IMG/VR virus record: IMGVR_UViG_3300042934_000212
Strand: one strand, 5' to 3'
DNA from: a virus
Taxonomy: Duplodnaviria; Heunggongvirae; Uroviricota; Caudoviricetes
DNA: 64,000 nt
The position numbers and the translations under genes were made by a program. Numbering within the stretch: the first letter of the stretch is position 1; each line of letters begins with the position of its first letter. Positions 1-9,009 of this stretch are shown here, one piece after another. The notes below the pieces were generated by a model. It was not told the origin of the DNA and searched no databases. It saw only the letters and a list, made by a program, of their open reading frames with translations.

Positions 1-277
1 GGTTCTGAACGATAATGGTTGGAATACCCATTTCGATTAAAGCTAGACTTACATCTTTCGCTAGTTGAGTTTTACCTGAACCTTTTGTACCACTTAGTAG
101 TACACCAGTGTTTTTACCTTCACGAGACAGATAAGTATTAATTACTTTCTGATTACGTGCGGTCATTTCACCATAAACTTTAGCAGGGCGTGTGAACATT
201 GGAGAACTTTGTAGGAAGAATTCGCCAGTACGGGGATCTTGCTCTACAGTGTATGCTCCTGCTGGAATTTTATCAAT
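1..277 (-). CDS. AAA-family ATPase, N-terminal part (runs off the window start)
   Basis: Manual translation from ATG at 277: MTQYNQSGEII...NTGVLLSGTKGSGKTQLAK, with Walker A GxxGxGKT. Confidence 0.8.
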   Translation of the reverse strand, partial: MDKIPAGAYTVEQDPRTGEFFLQSSPMFTRPAKVYGEMTARNQKVINTYLSREGKNTGVLLSGTKGSGKTQLAKDVSLALIEMGIPTIIVQN

Positions 278-405
278 CTTGTTGCCAAACTCGTGAGCAA
301 TGTTGATGATTTCGCCGCTTTGATTATATTGAGTCATTATAAATCCTGAATTAGTTATTTTTAAGTTTACTAACAAGTACCCAACGGCGTCGAGTACTTA
401 ATTTT

Positions 406-1677
406 TTATTTGTTTAAAATACGTAGTTCAACAGCTTTGTTAAAGAAAATATCATAAATGTCTAGTGGATCTTCACGCCATGACCATTCACCCGGTTGAA
501 TGACAATCATTTCTGAATCACCCATTTTGTCGATGATTGGCTGCAAACGTTTGTCAGCTTCATCATCATACCACTCATCATACCGAGCTTTTAGTTGAGT
601 TAGAGTTACTTCCTGCCAAAGTTCTTTATGAATTTTGGTAGCTATTGATTCATCATCACCCCAAGGTGAAGGAATCATTGAAATTGCATCTGCCATTTCA
701 TGTAAGAATTGTGCATGAGCAGGTAGATCATGTTCCTGTCCCGAAGTCATGATTGGACGGTACATTAAGTTGTAAGTATACATTCCAATATTAAAGAAAC
801 GTACTTCACAAACTGGACGTACCACACTTTCAAGTTCTTCTAGTGAAAGCTGAATATTATGAGCTTCAACATCATCATATTCTTCACTTTCTAGTTTCTT
901 TTGTTCACGCAAGAAACGAGCCATGTACTTAACTGGATTGCGACGATTAACAATATATTCATAACGATGTGAATCGCTATCATACAATCCTGATACTTTT
1001 TCTTCGGCAGCAAATTCAGCAAGACGTTCTACCAGTTCAAGAATCTTTTCAGAATCTTCACCACCTAGTTTGTCTTTATGACGTTCTAGAACCTTTTCGT
1101 ACTCAATCTTAAAACACTGCTCATAAGTCATTGCTGTTTGAGAAGCAATTTCTTTGGCAATTTCATCTTCAAGGGTGAAGGTAGTGTAAATTGAATTACG
1201 GTTATCATCGAATTCATGATTCTCATAACTCTTAGCTTGCACAACATTGAAAATACTTTCATGTACTGCCATTGTTGCGATATAGCCTTTTTCTTTACCA
1301 TACTTCCTGACAAAGAAACGTCCACTATGTGTCATATTCTGAATAGTTTCAAAGTCTAAATCTTCAACTTTGACGCTCATATGGTCATGATATTCATTAT
1401 ATTTTACGCCAGGCTCTGGTACGTTCTCTAAGTATTCTTCTTTCAGTAAAGAAAGAATATACTTAGCTTCAACTGAATCTTCGTCGAACTCGTAGTTGTT
1501 ATAATCAGCGTAAGTTGCTTTTAATGCAATACCACCAACGATTTGAAAATTATCATGTGGATAACATTCGAAACCATTATGATCATCTGAATTTGACTTC
1601 AGAAAGAATAAACGTACTGCATCGCCTTCACGAATAGGAGTATGACTAATTGCACAAGTAGTGTTAAAAGAACCCAT
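406..1677 (-). CDS. hypothetical phage protein (423 aa)
   Basis: Long ORF with MGSFNTTCAIS N-terminus; translationally coupled to the upstream gene. Confidence 0.75.
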   Translation of the reverse strand: MGSFNTTCAISHTPIREGDAVRLFFLKSNSDDHNGFECYPHDNFQIVGGIALKATYADYNNYEFDEDSVEAKYILSLLKEEYLENVPEPGVKYNEYHDHMSVKVEDLDFETIQNMTHSGRFFVRKYGKEKGYIATMAVHESIFNVVQAKSYENHEFDDNRNSIYTTFTLEDEIAKEIASQTAMTYEQCFKIEYEKVLERHKDKLGGEDSEKILELVERLAEFAAEEKVSGLYDSDSHRYEYIVNRRNPVKYMARFLREQKKLESEEYDDVEAHNIQLSLEELESVVRPVCEVRFFNIGMYTYNLMYRPIMTSGQEHDLPAHAQFLHEMADAISMIPSPWGDDESIATKIHKELWQEVTLTQLKARYDEWYDDEADKRLQPIIDKMGDSEMIVIQPGEWSWREDPLDIYDIFFNKAVELRILNK

Positions 1678-2501
1678 TAATTTTTACCAGAGTAATATTC
1701 TTGAATTACAGAAAAAAGTTTTAAGGTATCCATGTGATATAAACCAGAACCGTTCCAGCAATTGTATTCAACAATCTTAATGCCGTTTGGAGTTTCAGCT
1801 AAATCCATAGTGTAAATATCTGCTGGTTCATACAAAGGTGCATATTCGCTAGCAGCGTCTAAAACAGATTGTGGAATTACTGAACTATAAACAGTTCGGT
1901 TATCCCTGCGATATTGAGAACCAGATATTACTTCACCATTTAAACAGATGAAACGATATTCAGCTTCAATTTCAAGTACATCATGCACTAAAGCAGTTTC
2001 TTCAGCATAACCGCTACGATGGTAGTTGCTTTCTACGAAATACTTCAGTACTTCACCAGGTTCCATAATACCAGCAGTAAACGCTTTTAAGTCAGAACTT
2101 GGTTTAACAAATTTGGGTACACTGAATGATGCAAGTAAATCTTTATCATTATTCAGATTCAAAATCTCAGGTTTACTATTAAGTAATGGTAAATCCAACT
2201 TAGAATAATAAGCTTGATCGAACTTCTCTTGATTGTACGATATACCTAACCGAAGTTTAGCAATCAGTTCGTCACTTAGATTTTCAGGATGACCACTGTC
2301 AAGCATCTGAACAATCTTAGTACCGCCACGAACAATAAATGTATCCGATGGGTCTAAGTCATCAATACCAGTAATTGTACTGGTAAACGGAATTACACCG
2401 AACGTTACAAAATCATACCCCAAAGTTTTAAGGGGGATAACTTCATTTTCAATTGCATCATACAATCGGGCTGTATCTTGTACTAGCCACTTAATAGTCA
2501 T
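1677..2501 (-). CDS. ATP-grasp domain protein (R2K/DUF4343-like)
   Basis: Motifs FVKPSSDLKAF, EYRFI and YTMDLA...IVEYNCWNGSGLY, typical of ATP-grasp folds. Confidence 0.75.
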   Translation of the reverse strand: MTIKWLVQDTARLYDAIENEVIPLKTLGYDFVTFGVIPFTSTITGIDDLDPSDTFIVRGGTKIVQMLDSGHPENLSDELIAKLRLGISYNQEKFDQAYYSKLDLPLLNSKPEILNLNNDKDLLASFSVPKFVKPSSDLKAFTAGIMEPGEVLKYFVESNYHRSGYAEETALVHDVLEIEAEYRFICLNGEVISGSQYRRDNRTVYSSVIPQSVLDAASEYAPLYEPADIYTMDLAETPNGIKIVEYNCWNGSGLYHMDTLKLFSVIQEYYSGKN

Positions 2502-2965
2502 TATTCATCCACTAATATATTTCGTAGAATATCTACTACTGCCATCAACCCCAATGTAACATCGTCACACTGCATGAATATATTATAGCTTTCATGTTCA
2601 GTACATTTGTCATCTAACCAGATGGTTCCCTGAACTGAAATTCCAAACCACATGTCCATGTCGATACCACAAACTGAACCATCAAAACCGTGCGTTATTT
2701 CTGCACACAACTGGCTCACTAATGATGCATGAACTTCTGGATTGAAATCTGGCATGTAATCATGTAACCGTTGTTCCCAATATTTTTTATCTTCAGGGGA
2801 ACATGTACAAGCGAAATATGAATAATAATGATTTAATACATCAACATCTTCACTATCCCATTGCCGACCACGTTCTTTTTTAATACTTTGTTCATACGTT
2901 ACCGACTTATCAATTTCTTCATCCTGTTCACGAAGAAGGAATGATTCTGCTTTTACTAATTTCAT
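2501..2965 (-). CDS. hypothetical protein (154 aa, start MKLVKAES)
   Basis: Start moved to 2965 because the longer ORF overlaps the tRNA. Confidence 0.65.
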   Translation of the reverse strand: MKLVKAESFLLREQDEEIDKSVTYEQSIKKERGRQWDSEDVDVLNHYYSYFACTCSPEDKKYWEQRLHDYMPDFNPEVHASLVSQLCAEITHGFDGSVCGIDMDMWFGISVQGTIWLDDKCTEHESYNIFMQCDDVTLGLMAVVDILRNILVDE

Positions 2966-2984
2966 CTTTTTTATTCTCGTTATC

Positions 2985-3079
2985 TGGAGGTAGATGTGGG
3001 ATTCGAACCCACGAGCCGCTTTTAAGGGCGACTGCCTTCTTAGCAGGAAGGTGGTTTCATCCGTCTCACCCAATCTACC
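2985..3079 (-). tRNA. tRNA-Ser(GCT), long variable arm, encoded CCA
   Basis: Acceptor GGTAGAT/ATCTACC; anticodon arm CCTTC-CTGCTAA-GAAGG; T arm GTGGG-TTCGAAT-CCCAC; 3' TCCA. Confidence 0.93.
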
Positions 3080-3089
3080 TTACACTCAT

Positions 3090-3118
3090 ATTATACCAGA
3101 TATTTTCCAATCGTTTCA
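3090..3118 (-). promoter_or_regulatory. phage-specific promoter TGAAAC-N17-TATAAT upstream of tRNA-Ser
   Basis: One of nine copies with identical spacing. Confidence 0.75.
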
Positions 3119-3528
3119 TTTTTCTTGAACATTTCTACAAGTTCATTTGAAATGCGTTCCAGCTCAATCAAGTTCTCACGAGTTAGATTTACCGATTGAA
3201 GTACTTCATCACTAACATCATCGATGCCAGTAAACTCTAGCAATCCAGAATTCTGCTCCAACAGATTGTTGGGATCAAATAATGAAAGCTTTACATCTTC
3301 GGAATCGAAAATAACCTGAATAAGTTGGTTACTCCAAATATCGAAGAAATGAACGTGGTTGTTATGCTTCGACAACAACATTGATGCAACAATATTACCT
3401 GAAAGGGTAACAGTACTGCTGAACAACATATATGGTTCACGAGTTACCGATGGATACAACGATAAGCTCTCGAACTCACTTTTAGAAGCAGCAATATTAT
3501 AACCAGTTAACGTATCGTATAAATTCAT
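3091..3528 (-). CDS. hypothetical protein
   Basis: ORF in a coupled gene string. Confidence 0.65.
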   Translation of the reverse strand: MNLYDTLTGYNIAASKSEFESLSLYPSVTREPYMLFSSTVTLSGNIVASMLLSKHNNHVHFFDIWSNQLIQVIFDSEDVKLSLFDPNNLLEQNSGLLEFTGIDDVSDEVLQSVNLTRENLIELERISNELVEMFKKNETIGKYLV

Positions 3529-3839
3529 CCTAAACTCCGATAATAGTCAAGTACAGTTTGAATGTCTTCTTTGGTAATACCAAAGACTTCATCTGCATCT
3601 GATGCCAAAAACTGTTTGTAGTCAATCATAACAATGTTTTCACGATGAATAGGAACACCGTGATGAGGATTGAATAAGTGCATAGGGTACTGCACTGCGT
3701 CCAATTTCATATAATCTCTGGTGATCTTTAACTCATGGTCGATTGAACTGATGGTAAGAATTTCATTAACTCCATCATATCTTTCATACTTGGAGTAGTA
3801 TTCACCATTTAATAACGATTCAAAAATTGGACTCAACAT
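3525..3839 (-). CDS. hypothetical protein
   Basis: ORF with ATGA overlap to the next gene. Confidence 0.65.
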   Translation of the reverse strand: MLSPIFESLLNGEYYSKYERYDGVNEILTISSIDHELKITRDYMKLDAVQYPMHLFNPHHGVPIHRENIVMIDYKQFLASDADEVFGITKEDIQTVLDYYRSLG

Positions 3840-3840
3840 A

Positions 3841-4218
3841 TCAAACCTCTGGATATTTTTTCTTAAAGATTGTTTTTACCAGTTCAATATCTTCGTAGCT
3901 CAATGCACCAAAGTTTCTTATTGTGCTTAACTGGAAAAACCATTCCTCAGAAATGTCACCATCAGGCAGATCATCTAATTCAATGTTACGCCCAACTGAT
4001 GAAAGAGTCAACTTATTTCCGTTATAAGATAAGCTAAAGTCGTCAGTACTCAATGATACGAACTTGTACGATTTTACAGCATCACCACTACAAATAATGG
4101 TCATCGCATCAGATGTAGCAGTTTTTGCTTCATAGCGTAGAACGCTATTTAAGGTAAACGTAAGCACATACTCTTGTATGTGCTCGATACCATCTAACAG
4201 ATTTTCGAAGGTACTCAT
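3841..4218 (-). CDS. hypothetical protein (EEWFFQLST motif)
   Basis: ORF; C-terminal motif resembles 15144..15551. Confidence 0.65.
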   Translation of the reverse strand: MSTFENLLDGIEHIQEYVLTFTLNSVLRYEAKTATSDAMTIICSGDAVKSYKFVSLSTDDFSLSYNGNKLTLSSVGRNIELDDLPDGDISEEWFFQLSTIRNFGALSYEDIELVKTIFKKKYPEV

Positions 4219-4595
4219 TGTACCTCGTATTCTGTCCAGTTACGCTGCTCTTTGGAAGCTGCTTTCTGTGCATCAGTACGGTTGTCTTCAAGACGTGAAA
4301 CCACATCTTTTAGTACCGCTACGTCAATAATACTATCCATATAATGCATATGGTCAGTATATCCAAATGCGTACTTCAGACCAATCCAAGCACGTTTGTA
4401 CCAAGAGTTGCGAATCTCCATAGAGAGATTGATACTGCAATGACCGATTTCGGAATCATCGCTTGCATCACCCGTATTCCACTGATGGATGTGTACTGCG
4501 TGTTCACGTGCATCACCACACTCACAACGGATAATATAACCTTTACTCTGCTTTACCATATCGCCCCGATTTAACAATAGTTTTAATGAACTCAA
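4215..4595 (-). CDS. hypothetical protein
   Basis: ORF with CxC motif; the start may be an internal Met (MVKQSK). Confidence 0.6.
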   Translation of the reverse strand: MSSLKLLLNRGDMVKQSKGYIIRCECGDAREHAVHIHQWNTGDASDDSEIGHCSINLSMEIRNSWYKRAWIGLKYAFGYTDHMHYMDSIIDVAVLKDVVSRLEDNRTDAQKAASKEQRNWTEYEVQ

Positions 4596-4884
4596 TCATA
4601 TCATCACGAAATGATTCCCATGATGTTAGTCCATAAGTTTGTGTAATAGATACACTTTCTAACAGTTCATGGTCATCATTGTATACTTCAAATGCCACGA
4701 GGTCAGGAGAAATTTTGTTTTCTACCATTACGGCCCTGATAGCATCGATCATAACAACCTGACTGATACAGACATACTTATTCGTGTTAACAGGAATGTC
4801 CGTCAAAAATGCGGTTGCCTGACTTTTTAACTGTGCATCTGGAACAGCACATTCAGTGTTTGGCTTGTACATTACAATAAGCAT
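4543..4884 (-). CDS. small protein, paralog 1 of a tandem triplet (resembles ABC-ATPase C-terminal DUF3696-like segment)
   Basis: SQVVMIDAIRAVMVENKISPDLVAF...VSITQTYGLTSW aligns by eye with the two neighbours. Confidence 0.6.
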   Translation of the reverse strand: MLIVMYKPNTECAVPDAQLKSQATAFLTDIPVNTNKYVCISQVVMIDAIRAVMVENKISPDLVAFEVYNDDHELLESVSITQTYGLTSWESFRDDMIEFIKTIVKSGRYGKAE

Positions 4885-5210
4885 TATAATAGTTTCATCA
4901 GCATTTGACAGTTATAGTCTGGATGGTCGAACCGACCTTCAAGACCGTGTGCGTAATTATAGTATCGATCAATTAATACAGTACTATGACCATCTGCATA
5001 AGGTATTACAAATACCATACGTGATGGGTCAGTGCCATTTTGCTTCATCGCATAACGAAAAGCAGTTAGCAAGAATTCACTACCTACCGTAATATCAAAA
5101 CGGTCTTTTTTAACCATTTCATCGGCGTAGTCCATCGATGCTTTATCTGCATGGGTAATACCAAGCATTTCGTCATAGCGAACGATGAAATCAAACTGTT
5201 CTAGGTTCAT
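4884..5210 (-). CDS. small protein, paralog 2 of the triplet (DUF3696-like)
   Basis: GSEFLLTAFRYAMKQNGTDPSRMVF...STVLID...GRFD...LMKLL. Confidence 0.6.
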   Translation of the reverse strand: MNLEQFDFIVRYDEMLGITHADKASMDYADEMVKKDRFDITVGSEFLLTAFRYAMKQNGTDPSRMVFVIPYADGHSTVLIDRYYNYAHGLEGRFDHPDYNCQMLMKLL

Positions 5211-5219
5211 AATAAGACC

Positions 5220-5534
5220 TTATAGTAGTGGCATTAAAATATCGCTTATTAAATCTGGAATATTTGTATAATCAGACAAGCGATAGTTATCAGTTAACGT
5301 AACACGTTGTGAATTAATATCATCAATTACAATATCAATTGTCATGTTTGTATGTGCAATTTCATGTTGCTTCATGTATGAACGTAATGAAGTTAAAAAC
5401 AGATCTTGACAAGCATGAACGTAGAATACGTCTTCAGTACTTCCATGCGAGATCACAATTTGTTCAGCTAATGATAAGATCTGCACATCATTATATGCAA
5501 CATTACCATTTTTATCATAAATCACATGAATCAT
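5220..5534 (-). CDS. small protein, paralog 3 of the triplet (DUF3696-like)
   Basis: CQDLFLTSLRSYMKQHEIAH...RVTLTDNYRLSDY...LMPLL. Confidence 0.6.
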   Translation of the reverse strand: MIHVIYDKNGNVAYNDVQILSLAEQIVISHGSTEDVFYVHACQDLFLTSLRSYMKQHEIAHTNMTIDIVIDDINSQRVTLTDNYRLSDYTNIPDLISDILMPLL

Positions 5535-5542
5535 ATAAAACC

Positions 5543-5980
5543 TCAGAAATACGGTGGTGGTTCTGGTAATAAACCTAAATCAGCAGAGTTATAATGATAT
5601 GCAAAGATGAAATTACCATCCTGGTTAATCTTATAGACGTTGTGAATATTAGGAAAACCAATGCGAACATAACCAGATTTATGATCACGTTTAGCAAACA
5701 TTTCAGCCAGTGCACGAGTGGGATAGATATTGTAGAAGCGACGATATGCATCCACATCATGTTTATCTTCATACAACCGATTAAACTGCAAGCCCGTTTT
5801 GTACTGTTCTTCTGTCAGTTCTTCGGATTTATTTCGACGACAGTCAAGCATATGAACCCATGAATTGTTTTCTTCAAACAATGCCTTGGCTTCATCAATG
5901 TCATATGTACCGGCGAAGTACTCCCAAAAGTCAATCCCAAGACCACTAGCATCAGTTTCATTCACGCGAAAGTAATTCAT
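5543..5980 (-). CDS. hypothetical protein
   Basis: ORF; GAGG SD upstream of ATG 5980. Confidence 0.65.
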   Translation of the reverse strand: MNYFRVNETDASGLGIDFWEYFAGTYDIDEAKALFEENNSWVHMLDCRRNKSEELTEEQYKTGLQFNRLYEDKHDVDAYRRFYNIYPTRALAEMFAKRDHKSGYVRIGFPNIHNVYKINQDGNFIFAYHYNSADLGLLPEPPPYF

Positions 5981-6026
5981 TTTTATTCCTCTCAATTAAA
6001 AGTACCGATTTCTCGGTACATGGACA

Positions 6027-6269
6027 TTATACAGATTGTAGCGTAGTTGTCCAGTCTTTTCCTTCAAGATCCAGTACACCAAGCTCGTACATGTCTGTTC
6101 CATTTGGGTTATCCCAAAATTGCAGTTCCAAATCAGCTACTGGTTCTTCTTCATAACCAAGAAACTTACCGGATAGATCAGTTGCAATGAAATGGATGCT
6201 TTCTGGTACATGTACTTCAATGTCGAAGTAAGTTGCCACTTTCATTTTAGTTAGTTCTAGTACTTTCAC
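6027..6269 (-). CDS. hypothetical phage protein
   Basis: 80-aa ORF directly after pnuC. Confidence 0.6.
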   Translation of the reverse strand: MKVLELTKMKVATYFDIEVHVPESIHFIATDLSGKFLGYEEEPVADLELQFWDNPNGTDMYELGVLDLEGKDWTTTLQSV

Positions 6270-7073
6270 TTAATTACCTTTACGCCATTGATACCATCCG
6301 TAGACGGAATTTAATAAAAACATAATCCACATTGCCAGTACAGCAAAGCCCTGTGTCTGATGATGCATTACAGCAATAACCCACATTGCAACGGCAACGC
6401 TGTTAACCATAATCCACACTAACCATTGTTCTGCATAACGCATTACCATTAAGGTAGTTGCAACTACACTCAGAATAGATGTAGCCGAATCCAATCCTGG
6501 TGTTGCACCTTCTAAGAAACGAAGGAAGAAAGCATATGCTGCGATTGCAGTTGCAGTGCCGATGAATAAACAAACGCGTTGTTTAGTCGTCATTACCTTT
6601 TTGATAACGTCCGTATTACCGTCTTTGCTATTTTGAATCCAGTAGTAATAACCAGAAACTTGCATAGGGAAGAATAGCAATGCATAGGTAATAGTTTCAC
6701 CGTAGAAGCGATATTGATACGAAATTAAAATGTATAATCCAGTACCGACGAAGCCCCAAACATACGAACTAATCTTACCTTTAGCTACCAGTATTGCACC
6801 GATGATACTTACTGCTGAACAGATGTATTCCAGATTGGAACTACCCATCGAAATACTAATGATCGTAATTGCAATTGGTGCCGCAAAAAGCCATGCGTAT
6901 TCTTTGTATGACCAACCAACAAAATCAGTGGCACAAGTACTAAGAACTTCAGAAAGCTTCAGACCAGTACCTGCAATACGGTAGATATACAAACCACATA
7001 CAACCAAAAGGAATACTGCATATCCCATCAATAGTGATGGTGACAAATTAAGACTTGTTACCAGTGCGTTCAT
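6270..7073 (-). CDS. pnuC: PnuC-like nicotinamide riboside transporter
   Basis: Multi-TM protein with LDSATSILSVVATTLMVMRYAEQWLVWIMVN and YGWYQW; adjacent to nadR. Confidence 0.88.
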   Translation of the reverse strand: MNALVTSLNLSPSLLMGYAVFLLVVCGLYIYRIAGTGLKLSEVLSTCATDFVGWSYKEYAWLFAAPIAITIISISMGSSNLEYICSAVSIIGAILVAKGKISSYVWGFVGTGLYILISYQYRFYGETITYALLFFPMQVSGYYYWIQNSKDGNTDVIKKVMTTKQRVCLFIGTATAIAAYAFFLRFLEGATPGLDSATSILSVVATTLMVMRYAEQWLVWIMVNSVAVAMWVIAVMHHQTQGFAVLAMWIMFLLNSVYGWYQWRKGN

Positions 7074-7078
7074 TTTTA

Positions 7079-8113
7079 TTAACTCTGAAGTAATAAGTTG
7101 TTGATTAACTCAACGGAACTATTAAAGCGTTGATTGAAGTCACCGCTAATAGTGGTATATTTTACACCGTGTGCTTTACAAAGAAACTGTAATAAGTTAT
7201 AAGTTTCTTTTCGGCGTTGATCGTCGCTATTCAAGCGTAATGCATCATACACCCAAGGCACATCAATGTCAAGCATAATTACCAAATCATATTCTTCAGC
7301 GTTTGCCATTTGGCTTAGTACGGGGCTTGACTTACCCATACATTCAGCACTGAACAAAGTGATAAGATTGTTGGTATCACTGATCATTACTTTGTTGGCA
7401 GTTTTAGCAATCTTATGTTCTTTTACCTTATGCTCCATAGCAACATAAATGTAGTCTTCAATATTCATCATATCTTCCGACCAGTGGTATTCAGATTCAC
7501 AGATTGTACGACCAACTTCTTCAACATACTGAGTGTTGAAATGATTTGCAAGATTGATTGCTAATGTACTTTTACCAGTACTTTCAACACCAATAATACA
7601 AACTTTCTTCACAAAGTGTTTGTGTGCGGCATTGGCAATGTAATCCCAATACAAATAAGGATTACTGCGAACACGAGTTGCACTAATATCTACAAACTTA
7701 CGTTCAGGATCAATAAGTACATGTTCAGAAACAGGCCAATGTACATCGAAGTAATCATTATAAATTACTTCTGAACTAAACACCTTATGGATATTATGTT
7801 CACCAGCCTGGTACAATGCTCCACGTACAATTGTAGTGAAATCCTGTGAACCTTCTGGATATGACTGTATGGGTGTTTCATCAACTACCAGTACTTTAAT
7901 CTTCTGCATATGTTTAAAAGTATCTTTCAACCACATTAAACGATTACGTTTATTCAGAATCTTTTGAAGTTCAGGTGTTAAGGTACTTTGAAACTTTTCA
8001 TCCCAACACAATACAACATATAGAGTATCTACCATTGTAGATGCTTTTAATATTGCAGAAATGTGTCCAGTAGTTAAAGGTGCAAACTTACCGAAAAATA
8101 AACCATTTACCAT
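7079..8113 (-). CDS. nadR: NadR-like bifunctional NMN adenylyltransferase / ribosylnicotinamide kinase (no HTH domain)
   Basis: GKFAPLTTGH, ISATRVR, Walker A GVESTGKST, SDTN, PWVYDALR. Confidence 0.9.
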   Translation of the reverse strand: MVNGLFFGKFAPLTTGHISAILKASTMVDTLYVVLCWDEKFQSTLTPELQKILNKRNRLMWLKDTFKHMQKIKVLVVDETPIQSYPEGSQDFTTIVRGALYQAGEHNIHKVFSSEVIYNDYFDVHWPVSEHVLIDPERKFVDISATRVRSNPYLYWDYIANAAHKHFVKKVCIIGVESTGKSTLAINLANHFNTQYVEEVGRTICESEYHWSEDMMNIEDYIYVAMEHKVKEHKIAKTANKVMISDTNNLITLFSAECMGKSSPVLSQMANAEEYDLVIMLDIDVPWVYDALRLNSDDQRRKETYNLLQFLCKAHGVKYTTISGDFNQRFNSSVELINNLLLQS

Positions 8114-8114
8114 G

Positions 8115-8360
8115 TTACTTTCCTAGTACAGAAGTCTGCACATATACTTTGTGCTTACTGCGTTTTGGTAAGGTATCAATTTTATCCTGCTTCGCTTTAA
8201 GTGCGAGGACTTCATCGAAGTAAACGCCAATAACATCATCACACTCATTGTGTGAACTACCTTTACGAATAACGCAGTAAACCGGAATTTCACCCTCTGA
8301 AGGTGTAGAGTTTACGATACCTTCAAAGATCATTTGTGCAATTTTAGATGATGCTTGCAT
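8115..8360 (-). CDS. hypothetical protein
   Basis: ORF in a gene string. Confidence 0.55.
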   Translation of the reverse strand: MQASSKIAQMIFEGIVNSTPSEGEIPVYCVIRKGSSHNECDDVIGVYFDEVLALKAKQDKIDTLPKRSKHKVYVQTSVLGK

Positions 8361-8361
8361 G

Positions 8362-8673
8362 TTAGTTCCCCTGACATTCAAGTACTTGTTTAATACGAGT
8401 TACAGAGCGTTTGGTTGGGTTAATAGAAGAACCCTGATACCAGCGTGACTCGTCGGATAGTACAGAGTCTACCACAGCTTCAGATTTTGGTACAACGATA
8501 TTCATACAGGTTTCACCCATACTGTCTTTAACGTGTGACCAAATGCTCAGCGAGAAACGTTCAATCTTGTTACAGACCTGAACACGGCACATTGGCTCTT
8601 GAGTGAAATCACCCGCAGCCATTGCACTTTGAGTTGTTGCCAGCATCAGTACCGCCAGAAGCATTTTTTTCAT
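8362..8673 (-). CDS. putative exported Cys-containing protein
   Basis: Signal peptide MKKMLLAVLMLATTQSAMA; four Cys. Confidence 0.7.
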   Translation of the reverse strand: MKKMLLAVLMLATTQSAMAAGDFTQEPMCRVQVCNKIERFSLSIWSHVKDSMGETCMNIVVPKSEAVVDSVLSDESRWYQGSSINPTKRSVTRIKQVLECQGN

Positions 8674-8714
8674 TTTTTTCTCGTTCAGAAGTTAAAAGTA
8701 CAATCTAGATGCAA

Positions 8715-8743
8715 AGAATGCCCTAAAAATCAGGGCATGTCAA
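8715..8743 (-). promoter_or_regulatory. possible sigma70 promoter TTGACA-N17-CATTCT overlapping a hairpin
   Basis: Perfect -35, weak -10; TGCCCT/AGGGCA inverted repeat. Confidence 0.4.
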
Positions 8744-8757
8744 TATAAATTATAAAT

Positions 8758-9009
8758 TTATTTTGGAAGATAAAGGTATTCGAAGAACTGTACTTCACAA
8801 CCTTCATAGATGGGATTAACTTGGACAATATTCTTGACTAGTTCTTCAAGTGCATTACATTGCCAAGCTTTGTTTTGTTTGAAACGGAGTACTGAACCTT
8901 CATGAACGATCCAGTACCGATTCTGATAAACGGTACTGTTATTGGATGGTTCTTTTAGTTCAATGATAGGATATTTCAGAAATAACTTTTCATTGAAAGC
9001 CACAATCAA
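8758..9009 (-). CDS. hypothetical protein
   Basis: ORF, ATGA-coupled. Confidence 0.6.
   Translation of the reverse strand: MIVAFNEKLFLKYPIIELKEPSNNSTVYQNRYWIVHEGSVLRFKQNKAWQCNALEELVKNIVQVNPIYEGCEVQFFEYLYLPK

Noticed and set aside
2966-3073. N-terminal extension of ORF 2501..3073
   Set aside because: It is simply the tRNA-Ser sequence read in frame
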